64,000 nt of DNA, from the NCBI GenBank assembly GCA_963783575.1, contig CAWAOD010000016.1, positions 160,001-224,000 of the forward strand, written 5' to 3'. The notes beneath the pieces are model-generated. The model searched no databases. It saw only the letters and a list, made by a program, of their open reading frames with translations, and was not told where the DNA came from. Shown here piece after piece: positions 15,001-24,407 of this stretch (positions are counted from its first letter, which is position 1; each line of letters begins with the position of its first letter). Source of the stretch: an uncultured Spirochaetota bacterium. GTDB lineage: Bacteria; Spirochaetota; Brevinematia; Brevinematales; JAOACQ01. The translations under genes and the position numbers were made by a program.

Positions 15001-16137
15001 GGATTTGAGTCACCTGATGAAAGAATAGTATCCTGTTTCTGCCCGTTTATTGATAGGTAGACATTATCCCATTTTTGATCCGCTGTCTTTTCCGCCTTCG
15101 TCAATATTCTGGAACCTGAACGAATCCGAAGCTGGAAATCAATGGAACTGCTCGCGCTGTCTATCAGATAATTATTTTGATCCAGCTGCTTCGCATTCGC
15201 CGGTGGTGTCAGGACAAATTGCGGATAGGGGGAATAATTATCAAACCCCTTTCTACTATCATAAACTGTACTGTCATGTTTTGGAAAATAAATTTCACTT
15301 TTATTACTAGCTAATCTAACCATTTCACCCTGTCTTTTGATAGCTGCAGGCGGTACTCTTGTATTGGCATCTAATAATTGCTGTATTTGATTTAATACAT
15401 TATTTTCTCCATAAAAAAATCCCGGAATTAAACCCATCTTGAGCTTCATAAATAATACCATATTTATGTTCTTTATCCTGCCAACCGCCAAATAGCATGT
15501 TATGTGTTGGATAACTGAAAAAATCTCCCCCTTTTAAATCATAAGTATCAACAGGAAGTGATATCTTTTTCAATTCATCTATACTATCCAATATATATTG
15601 TGAATTATCAGGATGTTCATATTTGTAAGCCCTAGTGACAAAACCAGTACATTCAATCCCTGCAATTTGATTAAAGTTCAAACTACCGAAAGTGTCCCAA
15701 TAATATTCCGTTCCCTGGCCGGTCTTACGATCAAATCCACCCGGTACAATTGAATCGTTTTTTATTCTATTTATATACTCATTGGGGCTGTTATAAACAC
15801 CAAAAGCATAAGGCATTATGTTAAACGAGCCTTCGTTTGCATCGCTTTCAAGGTTTTTATTTATTATGATATTGTTATTCGGATCTCTGAAACCCGTATC
15901 ATATTTATATAGGAAAGGTATTTTATCATTTCCCTCATATATTTTATAATAAATCGTCTGGAAATCTTCAGAATCATTATTCGTAATAAAAGTAACCGTA
16001 TCACTGCCAGTTTCCTGCCATGTTGGGATCTGTAAATATGATTCCGCAGTTTGAATTACACTCTGTCTTTCATTTACAACTGAATAACTATAATTAAGAA
16101 TAATAAATGAGGATATAACTAAAATTATTAATTTCAT
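1..16137 (-). CDS. Giant secreted multidomain protein (>5,300 aa, 3' end outside window); two apparent +1 frameshifts (~15415 and ~10003)
   Basis: ORF 15400..16137 has a signal peptide and GIECTGFV..HNML..IYEA. It joins ORF 9927..15491 if one base is removed from the A7 run at ~15413-15419. That ORF joins a third frame if one G is removed at 10002-10004. Spot-checks at ~9840, ~7140, ~5100 and ~600 are all in that frame, and the ORF track lists no stop-terminated ORF in it, so it appears open to position 1. It contains repeated WDG..G..V.DG.Y, SPNGDG and D.AGN motifs. Confidence 0.8.
1500..2135 (-). other. LamG/concanavalin A-like domain within the giant protein
   Basis: Translation YLFNGNANDTSGNGNHG...DRFGNLNSAYDFNG...TYSAWVKP...WYFVVLAYDG...FKGAIDDVRIFNRALSDSEI. 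Confidence 0.85.
4950..5300 (-). other. ZU5-like domain within the giant protein
   Basis: Translation VELVIPASVPDNTLVNVT...PIGPILKMEPSPYQF...PRITVKY. Confidence 0.45.
12640..13010 (-). other. Degenerate alpha/beta-hydrolase (lipase/PGAP1-like) domain within the giant protein
   Basis: CLIVAPGI...KIVLSTWGKAGIWVRKML...KIIEIGVPANG parallels the lipase pattern KVxLVGHSMGGLxxR...LITIGTPxxG, with Gly at the nucleophile-Ser position. Confidence 0.55.
15400..16137 (-). other. N-terminal NlpC/P60-like (papain-fold amidase) domain of the giant protein
   Basis: Signal peptide MKLIILVISSFIILNYSYS; motifs GIECTGFV (cf. GxDCSGFV), LKGGDFF, HNMLF, IYEA. Confidence 0.6.
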
Positions 16138-16138
16138 T

Positions 16139-17647
16139 TTAATTTCCCCCTAAATAGACGGGTGTGTAACGATATATCCTCAAGCCTTTGAACAGTCCCG
16201 GGTCTTTTCTATCAATCACATTTGGAAAAGGATACTCATATAACCTTTGATCGCCGGAAATAAAATAATCCGGTCTATATATCGCATAGTTATAATAAAT
16301 ATTTTCTCCATTATTAGAAATAACAGTTATAAATGAATTATTAGCTTCAGAATAAATGTTTATTTTTAATTCCTTTTTCCCCATCTTCCAATTGTTAAGA
16401 ATTCCTTTTGAATAGTTATCATAATTTAAATTTAAATACTCAGAAAATATCCTATTAAAATAATTTGAATTTGTTGTATTCTTTGTATGCTGTATATTAG
16501 TTATAAATTCTCCGTTTGTTGTTAATATGACAAATAAATTCGTTCCATAATAATCTATTAATATATTGTTATTTATGTAGAGATCGCACCAGAAATTATC
16601 TTGAATTGTCATATTTTCTTTTGGCATTCTTACTTTCCATTTTTTTATTGTCTTACCCTCTCCATTATCTGATAAAGGCAGTTCTGCAAAATCTTCAACC
16701 AAAAATACTTTTCCATCGTCATTTTTTAATAAAAAACGGTCTTTTTCTTTCATTTTTAAGATAAAATTTAAATATGCCTGTATCTTTGATTTTTGAGATT
16801 TGACCAGACTTGCCGCAGAATCTAATTCAATTGCTTCTCTCAAATCAAAAGCTCCTGATTGGCTTTGCCAGCCTAATTTACTCAGATCGTCTAAATAATA
16901 TTCGGTTTTTTTATTCACCTTTGTCAATACATTCAATTTGCCCGTTGCCTTGTACACCTTTAATGCTTCATCAGTAGAAAGCCCTTCCTTCGGCAGGGTT
17001 AGCAGTATTGCAAGCTGCCGGGCGGCGTTGTATGTTTTGCTCACCGCTGTGGCGCTTTGAATACCGGGATTGTTGTTGGACAAGGTTTTTGTGTCAATTT
17101 TGATTTGCTCTTTGTCCCGGATAGCAATAGAATCGTCCTCACCGGTATCGATCTGCTCCATCTTTCGGACATAATCCATATTTTTCTTTTCAATATCGTT
17201 CAGGTCTTTAAGTATGTTAAAATTTGTTTTCACCTGGTACCATGAAGCCGCTGAAAGGGTTTTCCTGAGATATTCGGTTTCGAATGCATAGCCATGCCTT
17301 GCGAATATCTCATTTCGCAGGAGTATAAGGTAGGAGAGTTTGATGTTTGTAATCGGCTCTACAATTCCCGCTGGGGCTTTCAAGTCGTCTGTGTTGTAAG
17401 GCCGCCTGCCGCCGTTGTAGTTTTTCCCGGAGAAATAGGCGGCGATTTTAGTATAATAAAGGTTGGTAATGTTATCTTCAGTTTTGAATTCTGATTTTTT
17501 CTCTGTCTCTGCAGACGGCACTTTAGCCGCAGCGGTTTGAGAAGCCGGTTTTTTCTCGGCTTGGGGTTTGACGGCGGCTTTCTGTCCGCATGCTGCAATG
17601 ATGAGAGAAGTCATAGCGATAGCGGTAACTAAAATTGTTAATTTCAT
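16139..17647 (-). CDS. YARHG-domain lipoprotein
   Basis: Lipobox IAAC; LRNEIFARHGYAF motif; stop lies 1 nt before the ATG of the giant gene. Confidence 0.85.
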   Translation of the reverse strand: MKLTILVTAIAMTSLIIAACGQKAAVKPQAEKKPASQTAAAKVPSAETEKKSEFKTEDNITNLYYTKIAAYFSGKNYNGGRRPYNTDDLKAPAGIVEPITNIKLSYLILLRNEIFARHGYAFETEYLRKTLSAASWYQVKTNFNILKDLNDIEKKNMDYVRKMEQIDTGEDDSIAIRDKEQIKIDTKTLSNNNPGIQSATAVSKTYNAARQLAILLTLPKEGLSTDEALKVYKATGKLNVLTKVNKKTEYYLDDLSKLGWQSQSGAFDLREAIELDSAASLVKSQKSKIQAYLNFILKMKEKDRFLLKNDDGKVFLVEDFAELPLSDNGEGKTIKKWKVRMPKENMTIQDNFWCDLYINNNILIDYYGTNLFVILTTNGEFITNIQHTKNTTNSNYFNRIFSEYLNLNYDNYSKGILNNWKMGKKELKINIYSEANNSFITVISNNGENIYYNYAIYRPDYFISGDQRLYEYPFPNVIDRKDPGLFKGLRIYRYTPVYLGGN

Positions 17648-18031
17648 AAAACAATCCTTAAAAATTTTATTTAACAACTGTTAATCTGAAGCAATGAAGT
17701 TAACAATTAGCCTGATTATAAATTTTTTAGATTGCTATTAATTAAGAAAGTTCCCCGTTTATCGCTATATAATAAGTCCCCTGAAAAATTACATTAATGA
17801 ATGAAGTAATAAAATTAAAAGTTTTTTGATGTACTTTTCATATTTAAAATGTTTGAATATACTAATATTTTAAATAATATATTTTAATTTTAAAATAATT
17901 TTTTTGCACTGAAAAGCGAAAGTTTAATATAATTAAACTCAAAATATTACATAACTATTCTATCAAATATTTATTCTATGTTGTACGACTATTTATTAAT
18001 CCGTTGAGAGGAAACAAAATTCTAAGGAAGT

Positions 18032-18061
18032 ATTATAACCGATTTGGCACCAGATTGTCAA
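18032..18061 (-). promoter_or_regulatory. Sigma70-like promoter for the YARHG/giant-protein operon
   Basis: TTGACA-18 nt-TATAAT on the minus strand, ~385 nt upstream of the start codon. Confidence 0.55.
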
Positions 18062-18092
18062 TATGTTGTTTATATATTTTATAAATTGATAA

Positions 18093-18280
18093 AGGGCAGT
18101 TCTAAAAACACATTTTTTACCGCCATCGTACTTGGCGAAGTATGGTTACAATTACTGCAAAACATGTCACCCATTCGTCAACAGACTGTGTGAAAACTCG
18201 ACTTTTAGAAGTAATGAAAAATAGTTTTCACACAGCCTGCAAGCTCAGGGTGACTTTTATTGAGTTTTTAAAACTGCCCT
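18093..18280. repeat. Nested repeat: outer inverted-repeat element containing a REP-like palindrome containing an IS1182-type MITE
   Basis: Outer IR AGGGCAGTTCTAAAAAC/GTTTTTAAAACTGCCCT; inner GTCACCC..TTCGTCAA|CAAGCTCAGGGTGAC. Confidence 0.7.
18182..18239. mobile_element. 58-bp MITE with the ends of the IS1182-family element at 51784..53474
   Basis: CAGACTGTGTGAAAACT...AGTTTTCACACAGCCTG flanked by CAA direct repeats; left end identical to the IS1182 end at 51784. Confidence 0.85.
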
Positions 18281-18348
18281 AAAATTACTTATAATTCAAC
18301 TTATCTCTCTTTTTTGAATTCAAAAAATGTTTACAGTAATTTCTTAAC

Positions 18349-19614
18349 TTATTTCGATTCAAGTTCAACCATTGTTTCAATGTGTACGGTATGCGGGAAC
18401 ATATCAACAGGCTTGAAGGATTTTATTTTGTATGCCTTTTCCGTGAGCAATCTTAATTCGCCGGCTAGTGTTTCAGGAGAACAGGATATATAAATTATTT
18501 TTTCCGGCTTAAGCCTGAGTATTTCCTCTATAACATCTATTCCGCAGCCTGAACGCGGCGGATCCATAATGAATGTCCTGAAAAATCCCTTTTTAATTTC
18601 TTTGAGCGTCTTTTTAACATCGGCGGCTATGAATTCAGTATTTTCGATTTTATTGATTTTTGCGTTTATAACCGCATTTTTTATTGCCTCAATATTATTT
18701 TCAATACCGGTAACTTTTTTAGCCGCCGATGCCGTCAGCAGGGTAAAAAAACCAGAGCCGCAATATAAATCAAGGACATTGCCGGCGTCTTCCCCGGCCG
18801 ATTCTTTAACCATATTCTGAAGGATTCCCGCCTGGGTATAATTTGTCTGAAAGAAACCGTTAACAGGGATATGGAAAATCAGCTCATTTATCTTTTGTTC
18901 CAGATAATCCCTGCCCTCGATTGTATGATAATCTCTATAGCTGGAAACACCTATTCCGGTTACGGATTTGATTTCTTTCATCATTTTAGTCCCGGTCTTC
19001 TTAACTTCAGGATTCATCCTCTTTACAAAAAAACAAACCCCGACACTTCCGTCTTCAGTTCCTCTAAAATGCATCTGCAGGATATCCGGCGGAAAATTCC
19101 AATTTTTTAATTTATCATAAACTTTACTTATACCGGAAATTTCCATGGGACAATTATCAAGAAATATACTTTTACCGGAATTCTCCTGTATAAAAACTAA
19201 TCTGCCGTTATTGTTTATAAGCGACATCTTGTTCCGGTATTTTTCCGGTTTTTCCATCCCGATGATTTCATCCGGCTGAACAGAATTATTAACATAATTT
19301 TTTATCAAACCTCTCAGGGTTTTATTTTTCCATAAAAGCTGTTCGCCGTATTCCATATTAAGCCAGCGGCATCCGCCGCAGCCCCTGTCGAACGAAGCAC
19401 AGCGGGATTTGATCCTTTTATTCGACGGTTTGATTATATTAATCAAATCGGCTTTAATATGACGATTTCCCTGCATTGAGATTTTTACCCGCACAATATC
19501 ACCAGGAACAGTTCCCGGGATGGGAATCATTCTGTCCCTGTATTTTGCGGTTCCAAGTCCCTGATTATTGAGTCCGAAAATTTGTAATTCAGCCGTTTCA
19601 TTTTTCCGCATCAT
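18349..19614 (-). CDS. rlmD: 23S rRNA (uracil-5)-methyltransferase, RlmD/TrmA family
   Basis: TRAM-like N-terminus, C..CGGC Fe-S motif, FFQTN, DLYCGSG, DPPRSG, YISCS, DMFPHT. Confidence 0.9.
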   Translation of the reverse strand: MMRKNETAELQIFGLNNQGLGTAKYRDRMIPIPGTVPGDIVRVKISMQGNRHIKADLINIIKPSNKRIKSRCASFDRGCGGCRWLNMEYGEQLLWKNKTLRGLIKNYVNNSVQPDEIIGMEKPEKYRNKMSLINNNGRLVFIQENSGKSIFLDNCPMEISGISKVYDKLKNWNFPPDILQMHFRGTEDGSVGVCFFVKRMNPEVKKTGTKMMKEIKSVTGIGVSSYRDYHTIEGRDYLEQKINELIFHIPVNGFFQTNYTQAGILQNMVKESAGEDAGNVLDLYCGSGFFTLLTASAAKKVTGIENNIEAIKNAVINAKINKIENTEFIAADVKKTLKEIKKGFFRTFIMDPPRSGCGIDVIEEILRLKPEKIIYISCSPETLAGELRLLTEKAYKIKSFKPVDMFPHTVHIETMVELESK

Positions 19615-19742
19615 ATTTTCCTACTCATAATTCTAAACATCAATTACCTATTAGTCAAAACTGAATAATGTACTTTTCAATAATTTACTGAAAATTTTTG
19701 ACTGCTTTGCTAGCTATGCATTCAAAGCAAAGTTTGCTCAAT

Positions 19743-19771
19743 TTGACTAAATGCCTTCTTTATATTAGAAT
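19743..19771 (+). promoter_or_regulatory. Sigma70-like promoter upstream of riboswitch
   Basis: TTGACT-17 nt-TAGAAT. Confidence 0.55.
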
Positions 19772-19778
19772 TATAAGG

Positions 19779-19870
19779 TTAAAGGGGAGTAGTTGTTTTA
19801 CAAAGTCAACATACTGGTATTAATTTACCTGGCTTTGCAGACCGTTAAACCGGGAAACGAGACTTTTAAC
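19779..19870 (+). ncRNA. yybP-ykoY (Mn2+) riboswitch
   Basis: TAAAGGGGAGTAG...GTCAACATAC...CGAGACTTTTA hallmarks; lies upstream of a UPF0016 Mn exporter. Confidence 0.85.
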
Positions 19871-19936
19871 ACAGTCGGAAAGGATTGTGTTGCAGGCCTC
19901 GTTTTTTTTTGGAAATATTTTATTCAGGAGCGATTT

Positions 19937-20677
19937 ATGCATACGAATTTATCAGCAATCTTATTTTCGGCGGCCGCTGTTTTTTTAGCGGAAATGGGTG
20001 ATAAAACACAGCTTCTTGCAATGGCTTTTTCTGTAAAATATAAAATTTATAAGGTTATGCTCGGGGTTTTCCTGGCGACAGTTTTAAACCACGGGCTGGC
20101 TGTTGTTTTCGGTAATTTAATTACAAGGTTCGGGCCATTGCATATCTGGGTACAGATAACCGCAGCCGTTTCGTTTATATTTTTCGGGTTATGGACTATC
20201 AAGGGAGATAAACCGGATTCGGAAAACAATAAAAGATATAAGTATGGGGCTGTAATGACTGTATTCCTGGCTTTTTTTATGGCGGAAATGGGGGATAAAA
20301 CCCAGCTGGCTACTATAGCTCTTGCAGCCAGGTTCCCCGAAGCGCCTGTCGGAGTCCTGGCCGGTACAACAACCGGTATGCTTTTCGCCGACGGGATCGG
20401 CATTGTTGCCGGGGTGGTTTTTTGTAAAAAAATACCCGACAAAATAATAAAACTTGTTTCCGCTTTCGTTTTCATCCTTTTTGGCATTGCAGGCAGTTAT
20501 CAAACAATGCATGATAGTTTAAAGTTAAATTTTAATACTATTATTTTAATATTATCTTTAATTTTAATAGCATCAGGTTTTGCAAGCTTTATTATGATTA
20601 AAAAGTACCTTAATCTTAATTCTTATGAATCAATAAACAAAGTTTGCAAAACCGACGAAAGGAAAGAACCCATATAA
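19937..20677 (+). CDS. TMEM165/GDT1 (UPF0016) family Mn2+/Ca2+ exporter
   Basis: Two LAEMGDKTQL-type motifs; start reassigned to the ATG after the AGGAG SD. Confidence 0.92.
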   Translation: MHTNLSAILFSAAAVFLAEMGDKTQLLAMAFSVKYKIYKVMLGVFLATVLNHGLAVVFGNLITRFGPLHIWVQITAAVSFIFFGLWTIKGDKPDSENNKRYKYGAVMTVFLAFFMAEMGDKTQLATIALAARFPEAPVGVLAGTTTGMLFADGIGIVAGVVFCKKIPDKIIKLVSAFVFILFGIAGSYQTMHDSLKLNFNTIILILSLILIASGFASFIMIKKYLNLNSYESINKVCKTDERKEPI

Positions 20678-20686
20678 AGAATTCAT

Positions 20687-21475
20687 TTAGAACAAATATG
20701 GTATCAGTGCTTTTCTTGATGGCGGATAATCAGGAAATTCTTTTTTGTACCATTTATGATGGGATAAAGCCCTGGGAGCAAGATTCGCGGCTGTCCATAA
20801 TGCGAAAAGCAGTCCCGGGACCGACCATGTCGCAATCGCCCAGCCTGTCCATTCGGTGATTTCGCCTAGGTAATTCGGGCATGATACCCATTTAAAAAGA
20901 CTGCCTTCCGGTATTTTGTAAATTTCCCCGCCCTTCTTTCTCAATCCCGTTAATATCAAATCGGAATTTATATTAACCGTCATTCCGGAGATAAAAACAA
21001 TCAAGCCGGTTATAAAACGGGGATCGGTTAACCATACGACAGAATAACCCGGAGAAAACCGGAACAAATAGCTGCCGTTCAAATAAGCGTTGACAAGATT
21101 GAATAAAAACCCAAATACCAGGATTAATACAGGAAAACCTTTTTTATCATTTCCCCTCAGGAATGGAAATATAAATGAACGGTTTATATAATGAGCTTCC
21201 CATAATATCAGAAATATAACGGCCATTAAGCTATAAGTCCTGACGCCTGAAAAAAACAGGATAAGCATCAGCAGCGGGGACGGAGTTTCCATGATGATCC
21301 AGGCCGCCCTTGAACCGGTTGAAATTCCCCAGCCCTGCTTTTTATGCCTGCCGTAAGGCGCGGTTACAAAAAATAGCGATATAAAAACCCCTGCCGACAT
21401 AATAAACCAGATGATTTCAAGAACTTTCACAACCTGCCGTTCATTTATCATAATAATTGTCTCTCCCTGAACCAT
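20687..21475 (-). CDS. 3-oxo-5-alpha-steroid 4-dehydrogenase (steroid 5-alpha-reductase) family
   Basis: APYGRH, AWIIMETP, YKIPEGSLFKWVSCPNYLGE, NLAPRALSHHKWY, RKALIP; true start may be ~21451. Confidence 0.9.
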   Translation of the reverse strand: MVQGETIIMINERQVVKVLEIIWFIMSAGVFISLFFVTAPYGRHKKQGWGISTGSRAAWIIMETPSPLLMLILFFSGVRTYSLMAVIFLILWEAHYINRSFIFPFLRGNDKKGFPVLILVFGFLFNLVNAYLNGSYLFRFSPGYSVVWLTDPRFITGLIVFISGMTVNINSDLILTGLRKKGGEIYKIPEGSLFKWVSCPNYLGEITEWTGWAIATWSVPGLLFALWTAANLAPRALSHHKWYKKEFPDYPPSRKALIPYLF

Positions 21476-22391
21476 TCGATTGTATCTTTAATAGTGTTTT
21501 CCAGAGGGCGGGGATTATACCCGACTCATTTACGGCCTTCCGGATTGAAATATTACGGTGATGCCTCAAGGCAAATAATGAAGAGCTTGTAAACAGAGGG
21601 TTGTCTCCCCTTACCTCCGCTATAATGCTTGAAAACGGCGCGGCGATTCTTGCCAATGCCATAGGAACGGCGAATTTACTGCGGCTCCTGCCTGAAACAG
21701 TACCCAATATCTCTGCCAATTCTTTAATAGTTGCCCATCTTCCTCCAAGGATATAACGCCCGCCCTTTCTGCCGGATTTTTCCGCAGAAACGGCTCCGAT
21801 AGCTACATCGCGGACATCAACCCAGTTGAATCCGCCGTTGACAAGCGCGATTAATTTGTTCCGGTATAATTCAATCAGCATCCTTCCCATCAATGAAGGT
21901 TTAAAATCGTATGGGCCGATTATGCCTGTCGGAGTAATAATAACAGCATCCAATCCTTCGGCGGCCGCTTTAAGAACAAGCCTTTCCCCTTCGGCCTTAC
22001 TCCAATCATATTTCAATCCCTGGTTTTTTGCTATCAGCGGATTTGTTTCATCGACTAAAGTACCATGCCCAGCATCCAATAACGCATGAATCGTGCTGAA
22101 ATGCATAAGCCGACTCACATTGCAGCTGATGCAGGCTTCAATTACGTTAGCCGTACCTTTTATATTGATCTCGGGAAGATATCTGTCACACCTCTTCGAT
22201 ATGGAAATCATTGCTGCTAGGTGATAAACCGTTTGAGCACCCCGGAAAGCCTTTTTAAGAGAATCAACATCCAGGCCTTCGATGGAACGCGAATCCTCGC
22301 GGATCACAGCGCGTATATCGTTACCCTGTCTCAGGAGTTCACGGATTAAACTAGCTCCCAGATGGCCTGATGCGCCTGTTATTACCGTCAT
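21441..22391 (-). CDS. NAD-dependent epimerase/dehydratase (extended SDR, HpnA/3-beta-HSD-like)
   Basis: TGASGHLG, HLAA, YDWSK; apparent short internal deletion (EGLDVDSL) and an aberrant C-terminus suggesting a frameshift at ~21510. Confidence 0.85.
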   Translation of the reverse strand: MTVITGASGHLGASLIRELLRQGNDIRAVIREDSRSIEGLDVDSLKKAFRGAQTVYHLAAMISISKRCDRYLPEINIKGTANVIEACISCNVSRLMHFSTIHALLDAGHGTLVDETNPLIAKNQGLKYDWSKAEGERLVLKAAAEGLDAVIITPTGIIGPYDFKPSLMGRMLIELYRNKLIALVNGGFNWVDVRDVAIGAVSAEKSGRKGGRYILGGRWATIKELAEILGTVSGRSRSKFAVPMALARIAAPFSSIIAEVRGDNPLFTSSSLFALRHHRNISIRKAVNESGIIPALWKTLLKIQSNGSGRDNYYDK

Positions 22392-22432
22392 AGAAAAACC
22401 ATTCCCGGTTGATAATTATTTGGAGTCAAGTA

Positions 22433-23928
22433 TCAAGCTTGTAAAAAATCATCCTTCGTCTGATTAAATACATCTTTTCCGCAAAGAAGACCGGCAGTAA
22501 CCGGGGCAGCTTTTTTCACAATTGTAACCAGTTTTTCTGAAATGTTACGGATATCCCATTGGGCATGTGTATCCATTCTAAGCCTGGAAATATGATAAAT
22601 TTCCCTTAAGTTCGCCCCGATCAGAATCCTTCGCCTGTGGGCATTTGTTAAAATATATTCCGCGCCGTCTTTATGATTTTCACATAGTTGTTTATATATC
22701 CTTTCAGTATCATTCATAATACCGTTAAACAATTCCTGCTGCCCGGTCTCGATTATAGAAGGCGGAACCGTAAATCCCAGGGAAATATCATAATTCTGCC
22801 TGATTAAAGTCATCATCCTGTGCCTTTTGATCTGGGCAAAAGCGCTTGAACTTACAACCGCTTCAAACATAAAACCGGCAGTCTCAAATTCCCTGAAAAG
22901 AGAATCATGCTCGCTCAGGTCTTTTAACAGCGCCTGCAAGAACTTTTTTTGCCCCTTTTTTTCATGCTTTTCGCTTTTGAGAAACATACGCTGTAAGGCT
23001 TATCCGACACGGAATGAAGCAGCGCGGCTATAATCGCCGCATCCGGGTCAGCGGTATGATACAGCAGTTTTATGCCGGATGCTTCATCTTTACTTCCCAT
23101 ATTCAGAACCTCTCCGGCCAGTTCCCTGAGATATTTCCTTCCCGCGGTAAGAATGCCGTCGGAAACATCGAACCCGAACTGCTTTTTGAAAGCCTCCGGG
23201 TCGGAAAGAATTATTAGAGAAGGGACAACTGTCTTTGCATTTTCATATAATTTATGGCCAAGCTCCTGAACTTCCGGCAGGGGGTGATATTTAAACTTCC
23301 GGATCAGGGTTTCAATATTCCTGGCGTTTGCCGAAAACCCAAGCTGGCATTCCATTGCCATAGGCAGGACATACCGGGCATCTTCCTTAGCCCATCCCTC
23401 AATAGTATTGAGGCCGGTTTTTGAATCCAGCATATCTCTGTGTATAGTCGTCTGGTATTCAAATAGGATGGGAAATAGGCTTTTATAAGCTTGAACCTGT
23501 TTATCAACCATTGAGGCAAAAATGCTTTTTTCATTTTCATCAAATTCAGAAGGGGAAACATAATCACCTTCAAGCGTAATATAACGTTGGGATTTTTCCG
23601 TATACGAGCACAGGCGCGCTTCTTCAAGGGCTTCTGCGGCAAGCCTGGATAATCCCAGAATATCGAAATTGAGCATCGCGTGCTCCGCTACCGAGTGGTG
23701 GCCCATCTTGAAAACAATATTTTCATTTGATTTCCTGGCTTTATCGACCTCATCCCTTGAATCCGCCCGCAGTTCGTTAACAGACCTTGGATCCCTGCTT
23801 ATCCGGGCATATGCCGCAGATATAGTCTCGGGAGTAATATTGTTTTTCCTATCCCAACCCCGGGTTTTCAATTTTTCAATCACTTCCGTATCGACATTAT
23901 ACCCCGCCAGTTTAACTTCCATTGTCAC
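22433..23928 (-). CDS. thyX: FAD-dependent thymidylate synthase, tandem two-module form; frameshift in homopolymers at ~22945-22962
   Basis: GHHSVAEH, TEKSQRY and EDARYVLP in the first module; QIKRHR, NLREIYH and HAQWDIR in the second. Confidence 0.85.
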
Positions 23929-24105
23929 CTCTGACGCTAATTAAGTTTTTCTTCAATTTTGATACAAAATTTTATCGGCGGGCTTGAAAATATGCAAAAT
24001 TTTTGATTATTCATTTGGAAACCGCACTTATTTGCCCATCTGTAAATTATTAGCTATACTTGATATGAAAGCAAATTTATACTCCGGCCTAAAAAGGAGG
24101 ATTTT

Positions 24106-24309
24106 ATGATTATTAGCGGTACCCAGCCAGTTTATGATGTTACCGATGTACAGAATAAAAAAGAAGCGGTTAAAGACGAAGAGGCCAGAAAAGCGGAGGA
24201 AACATCCGCAAGAATTAAAAATGAGAACAGGGAAGAAGTTCAACAGAAAAAGCCAGCACCTCTGCCTCAAGAGGAAAAAAAGGGAAAAAACATCGATGTA
24301 ACGGCATAA
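24106..24309 (+). CDS. Small charged hypothetical protein
   Basis: Strong SD AAGGAGG; ends KGKNIDVTA. Confidence 0.7.
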   Translation: MIISGTQPVYDVTDVQNKKEAVKDEEARKAEETSARIKNENREEVQQKKPAPLPQEEKKGKNIDVTA

Positions 24310-24407
24310 TCCTGTCTGAAAATAATTTTTCCGTAACATTAAAAACTCAACATAATTATGATAAAATTATATTGAACAAAATATACAATCATGATATAAT
24401 TATCAAT

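Noticed and set aside
162..15310. Numerous plus-strand ORFs of 60-190 aa and short minus-strand ORFs
   Set aside because: They are antisense or off-frame shadows of the giant minus-strand gene, with no RBS or recognisable motifs.
17680..18030. Riboswitch in the long leader of the YARHG operon
   Set aside because: The region is extremely AT-rich and I could not recognise any aptamer consensus.
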